Shown: positions 19,407-28,997, counted from the first letter of the stretch. The stretch is 32,000 bases of DNA from Synechocystis sp. PCC 6803 substr. PCC-P (GCF_000284455.1 NC_017039.1:2250001-2282000); one strand, 5' to 3'. The notes: generated by a model from the letters alone, not told the origin. Numbers and translations: made by a program.

Positions 19407-22400
19407 ATGACTAGCGATCCCAATCCAGCCCAGGCATTTGAAAATTGGTTTGAGGAGGAAGAGGGGGATGACGCCTTTACTTCCCTCATTGCCGGTGAGG
19501 AGACTAACAGTGGGATTGAAGAACTGGATTTTGGCGATTTATTTGAGGGAGAACCCACCGTCATCCAGGGTGAAGGGTTTGGCTCGCCGTCCTCTGGAGA
19601 GGAAGATCCGCCGGTCCGCATGACCCTAGATTTTAATTCCCCGGAAGCGGAACTAGACGCTCTCTTTACCGATGAGGATGCCCCCACAACGGCGATCGAT
19701 CCCTTTGAAAGCTCCAGTTGGCTAGAAATCGACCAGATGATGGAAGCTGATCCCCTGGCTTCCATTCCTGAGACCAATGCCCCCGCTTACCAGACCGCTG
19801 GTGGCCTAGATGACAATGACCTAGCCGAATTGCAGGATTTACTAGGAGTAGGGGACGTCGAGCCCGCCATTACCAACCCTGGTTTGCACTCCTTTGCTGG
19901 GGCTGATCGGGTAACTCCATTGACAAATGAGGTCCTGCTTTTTGCGGCGATCGATGACTTAGACGGATTGATTAATGCCCCTGTCCTGGACGAAGAATTT
20001 TCCTTTACCGAACTAGAGACTTTAATCGATACCCCAGCCCCAAAATCTTTTGCCACCATCAGCCATCCTTTTCGTTTACCGGTGGCTATGGAGGAAGACG
20101 AGGATGAATTCAAAGACTTAGAAGCATTATTAGAGCAAGCGGATAGCAGTCTGGGGGGGGGCATAGCCGGCATGGGAGGGGCTCGGCTGCCCGCTCGACC
20201 TAGGCAGGTTAAATCCCGTAGTTTTGAGCAAACTATGCGGGTGCCCATCAAACAACTTGACAACCTCAGTAACCTGATCGGGGAGCTAGTGGTCAAACGG
20301 AATCGCCTTGAACAGGATCAGGAGCGTTTACGACAGTTTTTGGATAATCTGCTCAACCAAGCCCAAAACCTCAGCGATGTGGGGGGGCGGATGCAGGATT
20401 TATACGAAAGAACTTTGTTGGAAGGGGCCCTTTTAGCCAGCCGCAGCACCAACAGCCGTCACCACTCCTCGAAAACCACCTACCCCGATGCCAGGATCAC
20501 GGCCTCTAGTTCCTCGACCATGAATGACCAGCCTTTGGATGCGCTGGAAATGGATCGATTTACCGGATTTCACCTGCTTTCCCAGGAGATGATCGAGTTA
20601 ATTGTGCGGGTGCGGGAATCTGCGTCGGATATTCAGTACTTGGTGGACGAGACAGATCAGGTGGCCCGAACCCTCCGGCAGGTGACTACGCAGTTACAGG
20701 AGGGAATGACCAAATCTCGCATGGTGCCCTTTACCCAAACCGCCGATCGCCTGCCACGGGCCATCCGGGAAGTGTCCATGAAATTGAATAAAAAAGTCAA
20801 CCTAGAGGTGGAAGGGGGCGACGTGCTCATCGACAAAATGATTTTGGAGCACCTCTACAATCCCATGACCCATTTGGTTAACAATGCCATCACCCACGGT
20901 ATTGAAACCCCAGCAGAACGACAAAAATTAGGCAAATCCCCCGAAGGGCATCTAGCAGTGCGGGCCTTTCTCCAGGGCAACCAAACCCTGATCACCGTCT
21001 CCGATGATGGAGCAGGGATCAACACGGAAATGGTTAAACAAAAAGCAGTGGAAAAAGGGCTCATTAGCCGTATGGAGGCCCAGAGCCTATCCCAGTCAGA
21101 GGTTTATGACCTCCTGTTCCATGCTGGTTTTAGCACCAAGGACACAGCGGACGACTTTGCCGGTAGGGGAGTAGGTCTTGACGTGGTACGCACCAGTCTG
21201 ATCGATATTCGCGGAGCCATCAACATTGAATCCACTGTGGGCAAGGGCACCACTTTTACCATTCGTTTGCCCCTCACCCTGAGCATTTGCAAAGCCCTTT
21301 GTTGCCTGAGCGATCGGGCTCGCATCGCCTTTCCCATGGACGGGGTGGAAGATACCAGGGACTATTTGCCCAAAGACATTGTTACCGATGAGGATGGTCA
21401 AAAGTGCGTTAAATACGGCAAGGAAGCCCTGCTTTTACCGCTCTATCCCCTCAAAGATTTGCTCAACTATAACCGGCAATTAAGCCGGGGTAGTGTGTAT
21501 GGGGGCAAGCAAGAGGAAGATGTGGTGCGGGTCATCATTGCCCGGGGGAGTTCTGGTAACCTGTTAGCCCTCCAGATAGACCAGGTATTAGGGGAAGAAG
21601 AAATTGTTATCAAGCAAATTGAAGGGCCCATTCCCAAACCTCCAGGCATTGCCGGGGCTACCGTGCGGGGGGATGGTAGCATCATGCCCATTGCCGATGT
21701 TTTGGAACTGATCGAAATTGCCCAGGGTCGTCTCCGCACTGACAGCAGTGGTGGACTATGGCGCAAAACCCTGACCCCCACGGTCAATGAAGTCCACATG
21801 GACCCCACTGTGCTAATTGTGGACGACTCCATCACGGTGCGGGAATTGCTCTCCCTCAGTTTCAAAAAAGCTGGTTTCCGGGTAGAACAGGCTAGGGATG
21901 GACAGGAAGCCTGGGATCAACTCAAGTCTGGTCTGCCCTGTGACTTGGTCTTCTGTGACATTGAAATGCCCCGCAAAAATGGCTTGGAATTGTTATCGGA
22001 ACTGCAAGCAGACGAAGAACTATCTTCCATTCCAGTGGCCTTACTCACTTCCAGGGGAGCCGATCGCCATCGTAAAGTGGCGGCCAAGCTGGGGGCAACG
22101 GGCTATTTCACCAAGCCCTATACAGAAAAAGACATTTTGGACGCGGCCAACCGGATGTTGAATGGGGAGGTGTTACTCCCCGGCAGTACCCGCAAAACTA
22201 ATTCCATTCTTTCTCGCTTCAAAAAAGCCCGAGGCAACTTCTCCGAAGAAGCTCCCACCATTGTGAGAAGTAATCCAGGTACCCTACGTTCGACGGTGTT
22301 AATTATTGATGACTCGGTGATGGTGCGGGAAATGCTTTCTATGACCTTTAAAAAAGCCGATTACCATACAGAAACTGCTCGGGATGGCCAGGATGCCTGG

Positions 22401-22694
22401 GAAAAACTCAAGTCTGGCTTACCCTGTGATTTGATTCTCTGTGACATTGAAATGCCCCGCATGAACGGTCTGGAATTATTGGAGCGCATTCAAGAAGATC
22501 CCAACCTTTCCCGTATTCCAGTGGCCATGATTACCTCCCGGGGAGCACAAAAAATGCAGCGCATGGCAGCAGAAAAAGGCGCCAAGGGATACTTTGTGAA
22601 GCCCTACATTGAGGAAACTTTATTGGAAGCCAGTCAAAGGTTGATAAGGGGAGAAGTGTTGCTAGATTTGGCCGCTCTAAGTGCAGACGAGTAA
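19407..22694 (+). CDS. pilL-C/hik43: CheA-like hybrid histidine kinase with two C-terminal receiver domains (PilL-C/Hik43-like)
   Basis: 1095 aa. CheA dimerisation region (RVPIKQLDNLSNLIGELVVKRNRLEQ), ATPase N/G boxes (HLYNPMTHLVNNAITHGIETPAERQ; ISVSDDGAGI; FAGRGVGLDVVR), CheW-like domain, and two REC domains (VLIVDDSITVRELLS...CDIEMPRKNG; VLIIDDSVMVREMLS...CDIEMPRMNG). Confidence 0.92.
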   Translation: MTSDPNPAQAFENWFEEEEGDDAFTSLIAGEETNSGIEELDFGDLFEGEPTVIQGEGFGSPSSGEEDPPVRMTLDFNSPEAELDALFTDEDAPTTAIDPFESSSWLEIDQMMEADPLASIPETNAPAYQTAGGLDDNDLAELQDLLGVGDVEPAITNPGLHSFAGADRVTPLTNEVLLFAAIDDLDGLINAPVLDEEFSFTELETLIDTPAPKSFATISHPFRLPVAMEEDEDEFKDLEALLEQADSSLGGGIAGMGGARLPARPRQVKSRSFEQTMRVPIKQLDNLSNLIGELVVKRNRLEQDQERLRQFLDNLLNQAQNLSDVGGRMQDLYERTLLEGALLASRSTNSRHHSSKTTYPDARITASSSSTMNDQPLDALEMDRFTGFHLLSQEMIELIVRVRESASDIQYLVDETDQVARTLRQVTTQLQEGMTKSRMVPFTQTADRLPRAIREVSMKLNKKVNLEVEGGDVLIDKMILEHLYNPMTHLVNNAITHGIETPAERQKLGKSPEGHLAVRAFLQGNQTLITVSDDGAGINTEMVKQKAVEKGLISRMEAQSLSQSEVYDLLFHAGFSTKDTADDFAGRGVGLDVVRTSLIDIRGAINIESTVGKGTTFTIRLPLTLSICKALCCLSDRARIAFPMDGVEDTRDYLPKDIVTDEDGQKCVKYGKEALLLPLYPLKDLLNYNRQLSRGSVYGGKQEEDVVRVIIARGSSGNLLALQIDQVLGEEEIVIKQIEGPIPKPPGIAGATVRGDGSIMPIADVLELIEIAQGRLRTDSSGGLWRKTLTPTVNEVHMDPTVLIVDDSITVRELLSLSFKKAGFRVEQARDGQEAWDQLKSGLPCDLVFCDIEMPRKNGLELLSELQADEELSSIPVALLTSRGADRHRKVAAKLGATGYFTKPYTEKDILDAANRMLNGEVLLPGSTRKTNSILSRFKKARGNFSEEAPTIVRSNPGTLRSTVLIIDDSVMVREMLSMTFKKADYHTETARDGQDAWEKLKSGLPCDLILCDIEMPRMNGLELLERIQEDPNLSRIPVAMITSRGAQKMQRMAAEKGAKGYFVKPYIEETLLEASQRLIRGEVLLDLAALSADE
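21800..22650 (+). repeat. Internal tandem duplication of receiver-domain coding sequence in the CheA-like kinase (two copies, about 21800-22160 and 22290-22650)
   Basis: The copies share ARDGQ(E/D)AW(D/E)(Q/K)LKSGLPCDL(V/I)(F/L)CDIEMPR(K/M)NGLELL and IPVA(L/M)(L/I)TSRGA at equivalent positions. Confidence 0.85.
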
Positions 22695-25600
22695 TGACAG
22701 AATCGTTGAGTCCCTTACTGCCGGAAATTAGTATCGCCCTGGTGCTGGAACAACTAAGGCGTTTATGTCGGCAAAATTGTCAAAGCCATTGGTATTGCTT
22801 ACCTGGTGCGCCTTGGGAGATTTCTGATTGGCAAACTTATCCATTGGGTAAAGTTAACGAGAAGGGTTATTTAATTTGGGAAAAAGGCGAAAAAACCCAA
22901 TGGTTTGCCCAAACTTTTACCGTGCCTAAAGCTTTGGCGGACTATCCTTTAGATGGTTTGACATTGCGGTTAGCTTTAACTTGGTGGGCCAAGGATGCTC
23001 AAATTTTTGTTAATGGCGAGTTAGTTCAAGCTGGGGATTTATTTGATTCTAAAGCTAGAGTTTTGTTAACTGATAACTCCCAAATTGGTCGAACATTTAC
23101 CGTAGCTTTAAAGTTAACTAGTTCCGGCCATGACATTGGTGGATTGATGCAGTCCCAATTAATTTTTGAGCGGAAATATCCTGACCTAGATCCGGGTTTT
23201 ATTGCTGACGAAATTGAAGTTCTAAGCTTATATTTAGCTCAATTTGAATCAGAAAGACTAGCTCAATTAAGTAAAACTTTAGAAGCAATTACTTGGAATA
23301 AAATTTCAGATCAAGAACAATTTGATCAATCATTACTGCAACTTCGCCAGCGGTTACTACTGTTAACTGAAGGACTAAAACAACAACAAATAAATTTACT
23401 AGGGCATGCCCATCTAGATATGGCTTGGTTATGGCAGTTGGAGGAGACTTGGGAAGTAGGAGAAAGAACTTTTCAATCAGTCATTAATTTACAAACAGAG
23501 TTTGCTGATTTAGTGTTTGGCCACACCAGTCCGGTTTTATACCAATGGATTGAAGAGCATCTACCGGCATTATTTGAGCAAATTCAAGTAGCAATTAAAA
23601 AAGGAAACTGGGAACTTTTAGGAGGCATGTGGGTTGAACCAGAAGTAAATATTATTAGCGGTGAATCCTTAGCCCGTCAATTTCTTTATGGCCAGAGGTA
23701 TTTTGAAGCAAAGTTTGGTCAAATTAGCAAAGTTGCTTGGCTTCCCGATAGTTTTGGTTTTTGTGGTCAGTTGCCCCAAATTTTTCATCAAAGTGGGATC
23801 GATTATTTTGTTACTGGGAAACTCCACTGGAACGATACTAATTCCTTTCCCCATGGGGCTTTCCACTGGCGATCGCCGGATGGGACAGAAATTTTCACAG
23901 TAATGTCTCCCCCCAACCTAGCTGGAGTAATGGATAATCAACCCTTACCTATGGCTAATTATGCTAATCGTTGGCAAGAGCAAACCGGACTTAAGGAATG
24001 TCTTTGGTTGCCGGGGGTGGGAGACCATGGCGGTGGCCCCAGTCGGGATATGTGGGAGATGAAGGAACGGTGGCAAAATTCGGAATTTTTCCCAACTATT
24101 AACACAGCCAAGGCTGAACATTTTTTAGCTGGCATTAAACAGAAGTTACAATCAGATCAGTCTTTTCCTATTTGGGAAAGGGAATTATATTTGGAATTGC
24201 ATCGGGGCTGTTTTACTGTTCATGCTGACCAAAAACTTTATAATCGCCAGTGTGAACATTTACTCTATGAAGCAGAACTTTGGAGTAGTTTTGCTAATTG
24301 GTTAGGCGGCTATAGCTACCCCAAAGAAAAACTAGAACTAGCTTGGAAAAAAGTTTTACTAAACCAGTTCCACGATATTTTGCCAGGGACTTCTATTCCT
24401 GAGGTTTTTGTTACTGCTAATCAAGCTTGGCAAGAAGTTTACCAAACTACTAATAAAATCATTAATCAAGCACTAAAACATCTCAGTGATCAGATTAATT
24501 ATCCTAGTTATCACCATGATTCAACCGAACGAGAGACACCACTATTAGTTTTTAATCCTCTCCATTGGTCACAAAGTCAGCTTGTGGAAATTCCCATTCA
24601 AGAAGGCAAGCATTATCAAGTTTATGATGGTCAAACAAAAACGTTGGTTAATAGTCAAATTACAGCGGAAGGTAGTCTAATATTTTTAGTTGACTCGCCA
24701 CCTTTGACTTGTAAGTACTATTGGTTAAAAACAAAAGAGCCTTTATCCAACAGTCAGCAACTTGAATCTTTCAGTCAAGACCCTATTTTGAATAATGGTT
24801 TACTCAAAGTTGAAATTAGTTTGGATAATGGGGAAATAGCCAGCATTTATGACTTAGCTAACCAACGCCAAGTTTTGGCTGGCCATGGCAATCAGCTACA
24901 ATTTTTCCGCGACCAAGGGCAATATTGGGATGCCTGGAATATTGATCCCAATTACGAGCAATATCCTTTATCTTCTGCAAAATTGATCAATTACCAATGG
25001 CTGGAACAAGGTCCCCTGCATTGGCGCTTAAGGGTGGTCAAAAAATTTCAGCAATCGGTTTTTACCCAGGACTATTGCTTAACCAAAGATTCTCCATTAC
25101 TAGAAATTAAAACTGAAGTGGATTGGCAAGAAACCCACGTGATGGTGAAAGCAGCTTTTCCGATCGCTTTGCAAAGTGAATTTTTTACTACGGAAGCTCC
25201 TTGTGCTGTGGTTGATCGCCCAACTAATCCCCAAACTGAGACAGAAAAAGCCCAATGGGAAGTACCCCACCAACATTGGTTTTCCTTAACTGATCAAACG
25301 GAAAATTATGGGGTTAGTTTGCTTAATAATTGTAAATATGGTTGTGATGTGAAAGATAATTTAATGCGCTTAACTCTTCTGCGTAGTAGCGTGTGGCCAG
25401 ATCCAAGCGCTGACCGGGGTAAACATAAATTTAGTTATTACTTTTATCCCCATCAAGGAAATTGGCAATCGGCAAAAACGGTAGCCGTGGGTTATGGTAT
25501 CCATCGTCCTTTGCGGACCTATTTTCCTGAAAATTTCAACCCCTTATCAAGTCAAAAATTATTATCTCCGGGAGAGCCCTGGTTAAACCTTGGCAGCGAT

Positions 25601-25822
25601 AATCTTTGTTTAATGGCTCTGAAGTTAAGGGAAGATTATCCTGATCAATGGGTATTGCGATGTTACGAAATGTCAGGAGAATCAGCCCAATTAGAAGTAA
25701 TCACAGCTTTTGACCATAGGGTTAAAACAAGGCTAAATTTGTTGGAGGAAGCCCAACCAGAGGAAAATAATAACCATGTTAATCCCTGGCAAATTGTTAG
25801 CGTCTGCTTAGCCTATGACTAA
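22694..25822 (+). CDS. Glycoside hydrolase family 38 alpha-mannosidase
   Basis: 1042 aa. GH38 motifs: LLGHAHLDMAWLWQLEETW, MWVEPEVNIISGESLARQFLYGQRYFEAKFG, WLPDSFGFCGQLPQI, FHDILPGTSI. Confidence 0.93.
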   Translation: MTESLSPLLPEISIALVLEQLRRLCRQNCQSHWYCLPGAPWEISDWQTYPLGKVNEKGYLIWEKGEKTQWFAQTFTVPKALADYPLDGLTLRLALTWWAKDAQIFVNGELVQAGDLFDSKARVLLTDNSQIGRTFTVALKLTSSGHDIGGLMQSQLIFERKYPDLDPGFIADEIEVLSLYLAQFESERLAQLSKTLEAITWNKISDQEQFDQSLLQLRQRLLLLTEGLKQQQINLLGHAHLDMAWLWQLEETWEVGERTFQSVINLQTEFADLVFGHTSPVLYQWIEEHLPALFEQIQVAIKKGNWELLGGMWVEPEVNIISGESLARQFLYGQRYFEAKFGQISKVAWLPDSFGFCGQLPQIFHQSGIDYFVTGKLHWNDTNSFPHGAFHWRSPDGTEIFTVMSPPNLAGVMDNQPLPMANYANRWQEQTGLKECLWLPGVGDHGGGPSRDMWEMKERWQNSEFFPTINTAKAEHFLAGIKQKLQSDQSFPIWERELYLELHRGCFTVHADQKLYNRQCEHLLYEAELWSSFANWLGGYSYPKEKLELAWKKVLLNQFHDILPGTSIPEVFVTANQAWQEVYQTTNKIINQALKHLSDQINYPSYHHDSTERETPLLVFNPLHWSQSQLVEIPIQEGKHYQVYDGQTKTLVNSQITAEGSLIFLVDSPPLTCKYYWLKTKEPLSNSQQLESFSQDPILNNGLLKVEISLDNGEIASIYDLANQRQVLAGHGNQLQFFRDQGQYWDAWNIDPNYEQYPLSSAKLINYQWLEQGPLHWRLRVVKKFQQSVFTQDYCLTKDSPLLEIKTEVDWQETHVMVKAAFPIALQSEFFTTEAPCAVVDRPTNPQTETEKAQWEVPHQHWFSLTDQTENYGVSLLNNCKYGCDVKDNLMRLTLLRSSVWPDPSADRGKHKFSYYFYPHQGNWQSAKTVAVGYGIHRPLRTYFPENFNPLSSQKLLSPGEPWLNLGSDNLCLMALKLREDYPDQWVLRCYEMSGESAQLEVITAFDHRVKTRLNLLEEAQPEENNNHVNPWQIVSVCLAYD

Positions 25823-26699
25823 AACTTTTCCCCTTTCCGGTCAAAGTGTGGCCATTAACTTACAAAGAAAAATTTTCCAAAAGCCACTAGCTTCCTTGAG
25901 CCTAATCACCCTGATCATAATTGTTTTATCGGTGGTTTTTGGTCCAATCTTTTATCGAGTTCCCATTGACCAAATTGATTTTAGCCAAACAGCGGTGCCC
26001 CCTAGTTGGCAACATCCCCTAGGAACTAATGATTTAGGACAGGATCAATTGGCTCGGTTACTTATTGGTGGCCGGATTTCTCTAGCAGTGGGCCTCAGTG
26101 CCATGGCCGTGTCTCTCACCTTAGGCACCTTAATCGGGGCGATCGCCGGTTATTTTGGGGGGTGGTGGGACGTGATTTTAATGCGGATTACGGACTTATT
26201 CTTAGCCCTGCCCCAATTACCTTTAGTGCTACTGGTGGTCTATTTATTTCGGGAGCCGGTCACCAGGGCTACTTCCCCCGAAAAAGGTATTTTCATCTTG
26301 GTGGTTTTACTGATTGGTTTGCTCAATTGGATGAGTGTGGCTCGGTTGGTACGGGGCAATATTTTGCGCCTACGGGAAATGGAATTTGTCAAAGCGGCGA
26401 TCGCCATGGGGGCAGGTTCTAACCATATTATTTGGCGACATTTGTTACCCAATGTGTTGAATTTAATCATTGTGGCCGCTAGTTTGGCCGTCGGCAATGC
26501 CATTATTACCGAATCAACTTTGAGCTTTTTAGGCTTAGGATTTCCCCCCGATGTGCCCACCTGGGGCCAGATGCTTTACACCGCCAAGGATTATTTGGAA
26601 ACGGCACCATTGATGGCAGTTTTTCCGGGCTTAGCTATTTTTATTACCGTTTTAAGTGTTAATTATTTGGGGGACGGCATTGGCATAAAAAATAGTTAA
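25815..26699 (+). CDS. ABC transporter permease, OppC/DppC family
   Basis: 294 aa. HPLGTNDLGQDQLARLLIGGRISLAVG, and the EAA-type loop EMEFVKAAIAMGAGSNHIIWRHLLPNVLN. Confidence 0.92.
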   Translation: MTKTFPLSGQSVAINLQRKIFQKPLASLSLITLIIIVLSVVFGPIFYRVPIDQIDFSQTAVPPSWQHPLGTNDLGQDQLARLLIGGRISLAVGLSAMAVSLTLGTLIGAIAGYFGGWWDVILMRITDLFLALPQLPLVLLVVYLFREPVTRATSPEKGIFILVVLLIGLLNWMSVARLVRGNILRLREMEFVKAAIAMGAGSNHIIWRHLLPNVLNLIIVAASLAVGNAIITESTLSFLGLGFPPDVPTWGQMLYTAKDYLETAPLMAVFPGLAIFITVLSVNYLGDGIGIKNS

Positions 26700-26746
26700 T
26701 GATGCAACCCTATTGATCAATCTTAGTTAAGCTCAAAATAAATTTC

Positions 26747-27232
26747 ATGATTCGTCCAGTTCCCGATGCTAGTAATCAGTTTTATTTAGACCATATTAAT
26801 TTACTACGTCAAAGTTATGAGCGCTTAACTGGTAAAACCTTTGGGCCCAGCGGATTAACCGGGGTGGCCCTAGCCCAGGCCGTCTATGAAGCTCCCTACG
26901 TAGTAGTTTCCCATGGCATAGAGCCTGACCCAATTTTTAATTATGCTAATCTTACTGCCCAAAAATTATTTGAATTTCCCTGGGTAGAATTTTGTCAATT
27001 GCCATCCCGTCAGTCCGCAGAACTTCCTAATCAAACGGAAAGGCAACAATTGTTAGATACCGTCAGCCGCCAAGGTTTTATTGAAAATTACCAAGGTATA
27101 CGCATTGCCAAGGGTGGTGGCCGCTTTTGGATTAAAAATGTTACCGTTTGGAATCTCTACGACGGCGAAGGGATTTATCGGGGTCAGGGGGCAATTTATA
27201 GTGATTGGGAGAATATTGTTGAAAAGCTTTAA
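26747..27232 (+). CDS. MEKHLA/PAS-like domain protein
   Basis: 161 aa. HINLLRQSYERLTGK..LAQAVYEAPYVVVSHGIEPDPIFNYANLTAQKLFEFPWVEFCQLPSRQSAE...GGGRFWIKNVTVWNLYD, resembling standalone MEKHLA-domain proteins. Confidence 0.85.
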   Translation: MIRPVPDASNQFYLDHINLLRQSYERLTGKTFGPSGLTGVALAQAVYEAPYVVVSHGIEPDPIFNYANLTAQKLFEFPWVEFCQLPSRQSAELPNQTERQQLLDTVSRQGFIENYQGIRIAKGGGRFWIKNVTVWNLYDGEGIYRGQGAIYSDWENIVEKL

Positions 27233-27322
27233 AATTTAAAATAGCCCAGACAATTTGCCAAAATATTGGCAATTTTACTCCAGGATTTTCAACTTAAATT
27301 AACAATTTTTATACACTTTTAA

Positions 27323-27832
27323 CTATCTGCAACCCAAACTATCCCTGGTAGCTACCCCTGTCACTGGATTAACTCCCTCCGCCCGTTCACACATCAGCTT
27401 GACTTGGTAAGCATCAATCACCGCATCGCTGAAGTCGGCCCCGGTGATATCGGTGTCGTAAAAACGGGTGCGGGTGGCGATCGCCTCGGTGAAAATAGTG
27501 TCCCGCAGGTCGGCAAAATCCAGGGTAACCCGGTCTACGAGGGAACCACTTAGATTCGCTCCCCGTAAACTGGCATGGAGAAAAACTGCATCGGTGAGGA
27601 TGGAAAAGCTGAGATCACTGCCCTCAAAATTGCTTTCCCGTAAATCCGCCGCCGCAAATACCGCCTTATTCAAATCCTGGTGGGAAAAATCTGATCGGGC
27701 CAGATCTCCGTAGGTATAGTTCACCGTATTGGCTTGGGCCAAGGCCGATGGCGCCCAGAGCAACACCAAGGCGATCGCCAGGATGAGTATTTGTAACCAT
27801 CGCCGCCAGCTAAAAACGAGGAAAGAAGACAT
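27323..27832 (-). CDS. Secreted or lumenal pentapeptide-repeat protein
   Basis: From the internal ATG: signal peptide-like [34 protein letters not shown], then pentapeptide units ([43 protein letters not shown]). The track start at 27937 is upstream. Confidence 0.85.
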   Translation of the reverse strand: MSSFLVFSWRRWLQILILAIALVLLWAPSALAQANTVNYTYGDLARSDFSHQDLNKAVFAAADLRESNFEGSDLSFSILTDAVFLHASLRGANLSGSLVDRVTLDFADLRDTIFTEAIATRTRFYDTDITGADFSDAVIDAYQVKLMCERAEGVNPVTGVATRDSLGCR

Positions 27833-27963
27833 AGGAGCAAGTCTAGGCAAATTTTGCAATATTTTTCCCCAGCCTAGCAAAACAATTGGGTGGAGCAAAG
27901 GCAATTTAATTTGATTAAATTTGAATTTAAAAGGCAATTTCTGATCCCAAAATTCTTAGAGCA

Positions 27964-28087
27964 TGTTTCAAAAGCCCCCCTGACCCCCCAAATTTGGGGG
28001 GAAACTGAGTGAAACTCCCCCAGTATTGCCGGAGCTTTAGTGGGTCGATTTAGGGGGATAAATACCTAGCCTTGCACTTTTCAAACA
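27964..28087. repeat. Small MITE-like intergenic element with imperfect terminal inverted repeats and an internal perfect 18 bp palindrome
   Basis: TGTTTCAAAAG (27964-27974) and CTTTTCAAACA (28077-28087) are inverted copies with 10/11 matches. CCCCCCAAATTTGGGGGG (27983-28000) is a perfect palindrome. Confidence 0.5.
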
Positions 28088-28092
28088 CTTTC

Positions 28093-28773
28093 TTAGCCGT
28101 AGCCATGTTCCGCCAAAAAGGCTAGATCGATGTCCTTTGTTTGACCCATGGCCCGACCCCGGGACAAAAATCGGGCCGCATATTTACCCAAAATATCCCC
28201 CTCTAAATTGACCCAATCCCCCGGCTGCAATAACTGCAAATTAGTTTCGCTGTAGGTATGGGGAATCACGGCCACGTTAAACCAGTCTTCGCCGCAATCC
28301 GCCACGGTTAAACTGATGCCATTGACGGCAATACTACCCTTGGGCACCAAATAGGGAGCTAAATATTCCTGCCATTGCTTCTGTAAACTGCCCACTGAGC
28401 CGAAGCTGAGCAACCAGGCGTTATTGATTTGTTCATTGCTCAATAATTGCCCTACCCCGTCCACGTGGCCGGAAACAAAATGCCCCCCCACTTTTCCCCC
28501 CACCCGGAGGGAAGTTTCAATGTTGACCGCTGTGCGCCTTTCCTTAGCCCGTCCTAAGGTAGTGCGTTGTAAGGTTTCGGGGGAAACGTCGGCAAAAAAT
28601 CCCTGGTGGGCGATCGCCTCTACGGTGAGGCAAACCCCATCTACAGCAATGCTGTCCCCTAGGGCCATATCCCCCAAAACCCGTTGGGCATCGTTGGGGC
28701 TAAGGGAAATTTCCAGGCGATCGGCCCGCTGAGCAGAAAGATAACCGAGGGATTGGATAATGCCAGTGAACAC
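28093..28773 (-). CDS. ribE: Riboflavin synthase, alpha subunit
   Basis: 226 aa. MFTGIIQSLGYLSAQ...DSIAVDGVCLTV...GGHFVSGHVDGVG...GSIAVNGISLTVAD; duplicated lumazine-binding domains. Confidence 0.95.
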   Translation of the reverse strand: MFTGIIQSLGYLSAQRADRLEISLSPNDAQRVLGDMALGDSIAVDGVCLTVEAIAHQGFFADVSPETLQRTTLGRAKERRTAVNIETSLRVGGKVGGHFVSGHVDGVGQLLSNEQINNAWLLSFGSVGSLQKQWQEYLAPYLVPKGSIAVNGISLTVADCGEDWFNVAVIPHTYSETNLQLLQPGDWVNLEGDILGKYAARFLSRGRAMGQTKDIDLAFLAEHGYG

Positions 28774-28997
28774 AATGGGACAAACCTTAGAAGATTAATT
28801 ACAATTGTGCCAGTTGGGGGCCAATGCCATGGCTGGAGGGAGAGTTGCAGCTCGGGGTGGTCAAGGTTAGGGAAACGAGTCTAGAGTTCCCTTGGCATTA
28901 TCTGGTCTCAATTAAGCATACCTTTGCCTTCGGTCAACCCCGGAAAACGGTCAATACCTTTACAATGGGTACTGTTCTTGTCCGTCGAAGAGATGAT

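Noticed and set aside
21096-21401. 101 aa minus-strand ORFs inside the kinase gene
   Set aside because: They mirror the CheA ATPase/CheW coding sequence, with no start signal or independent motif.
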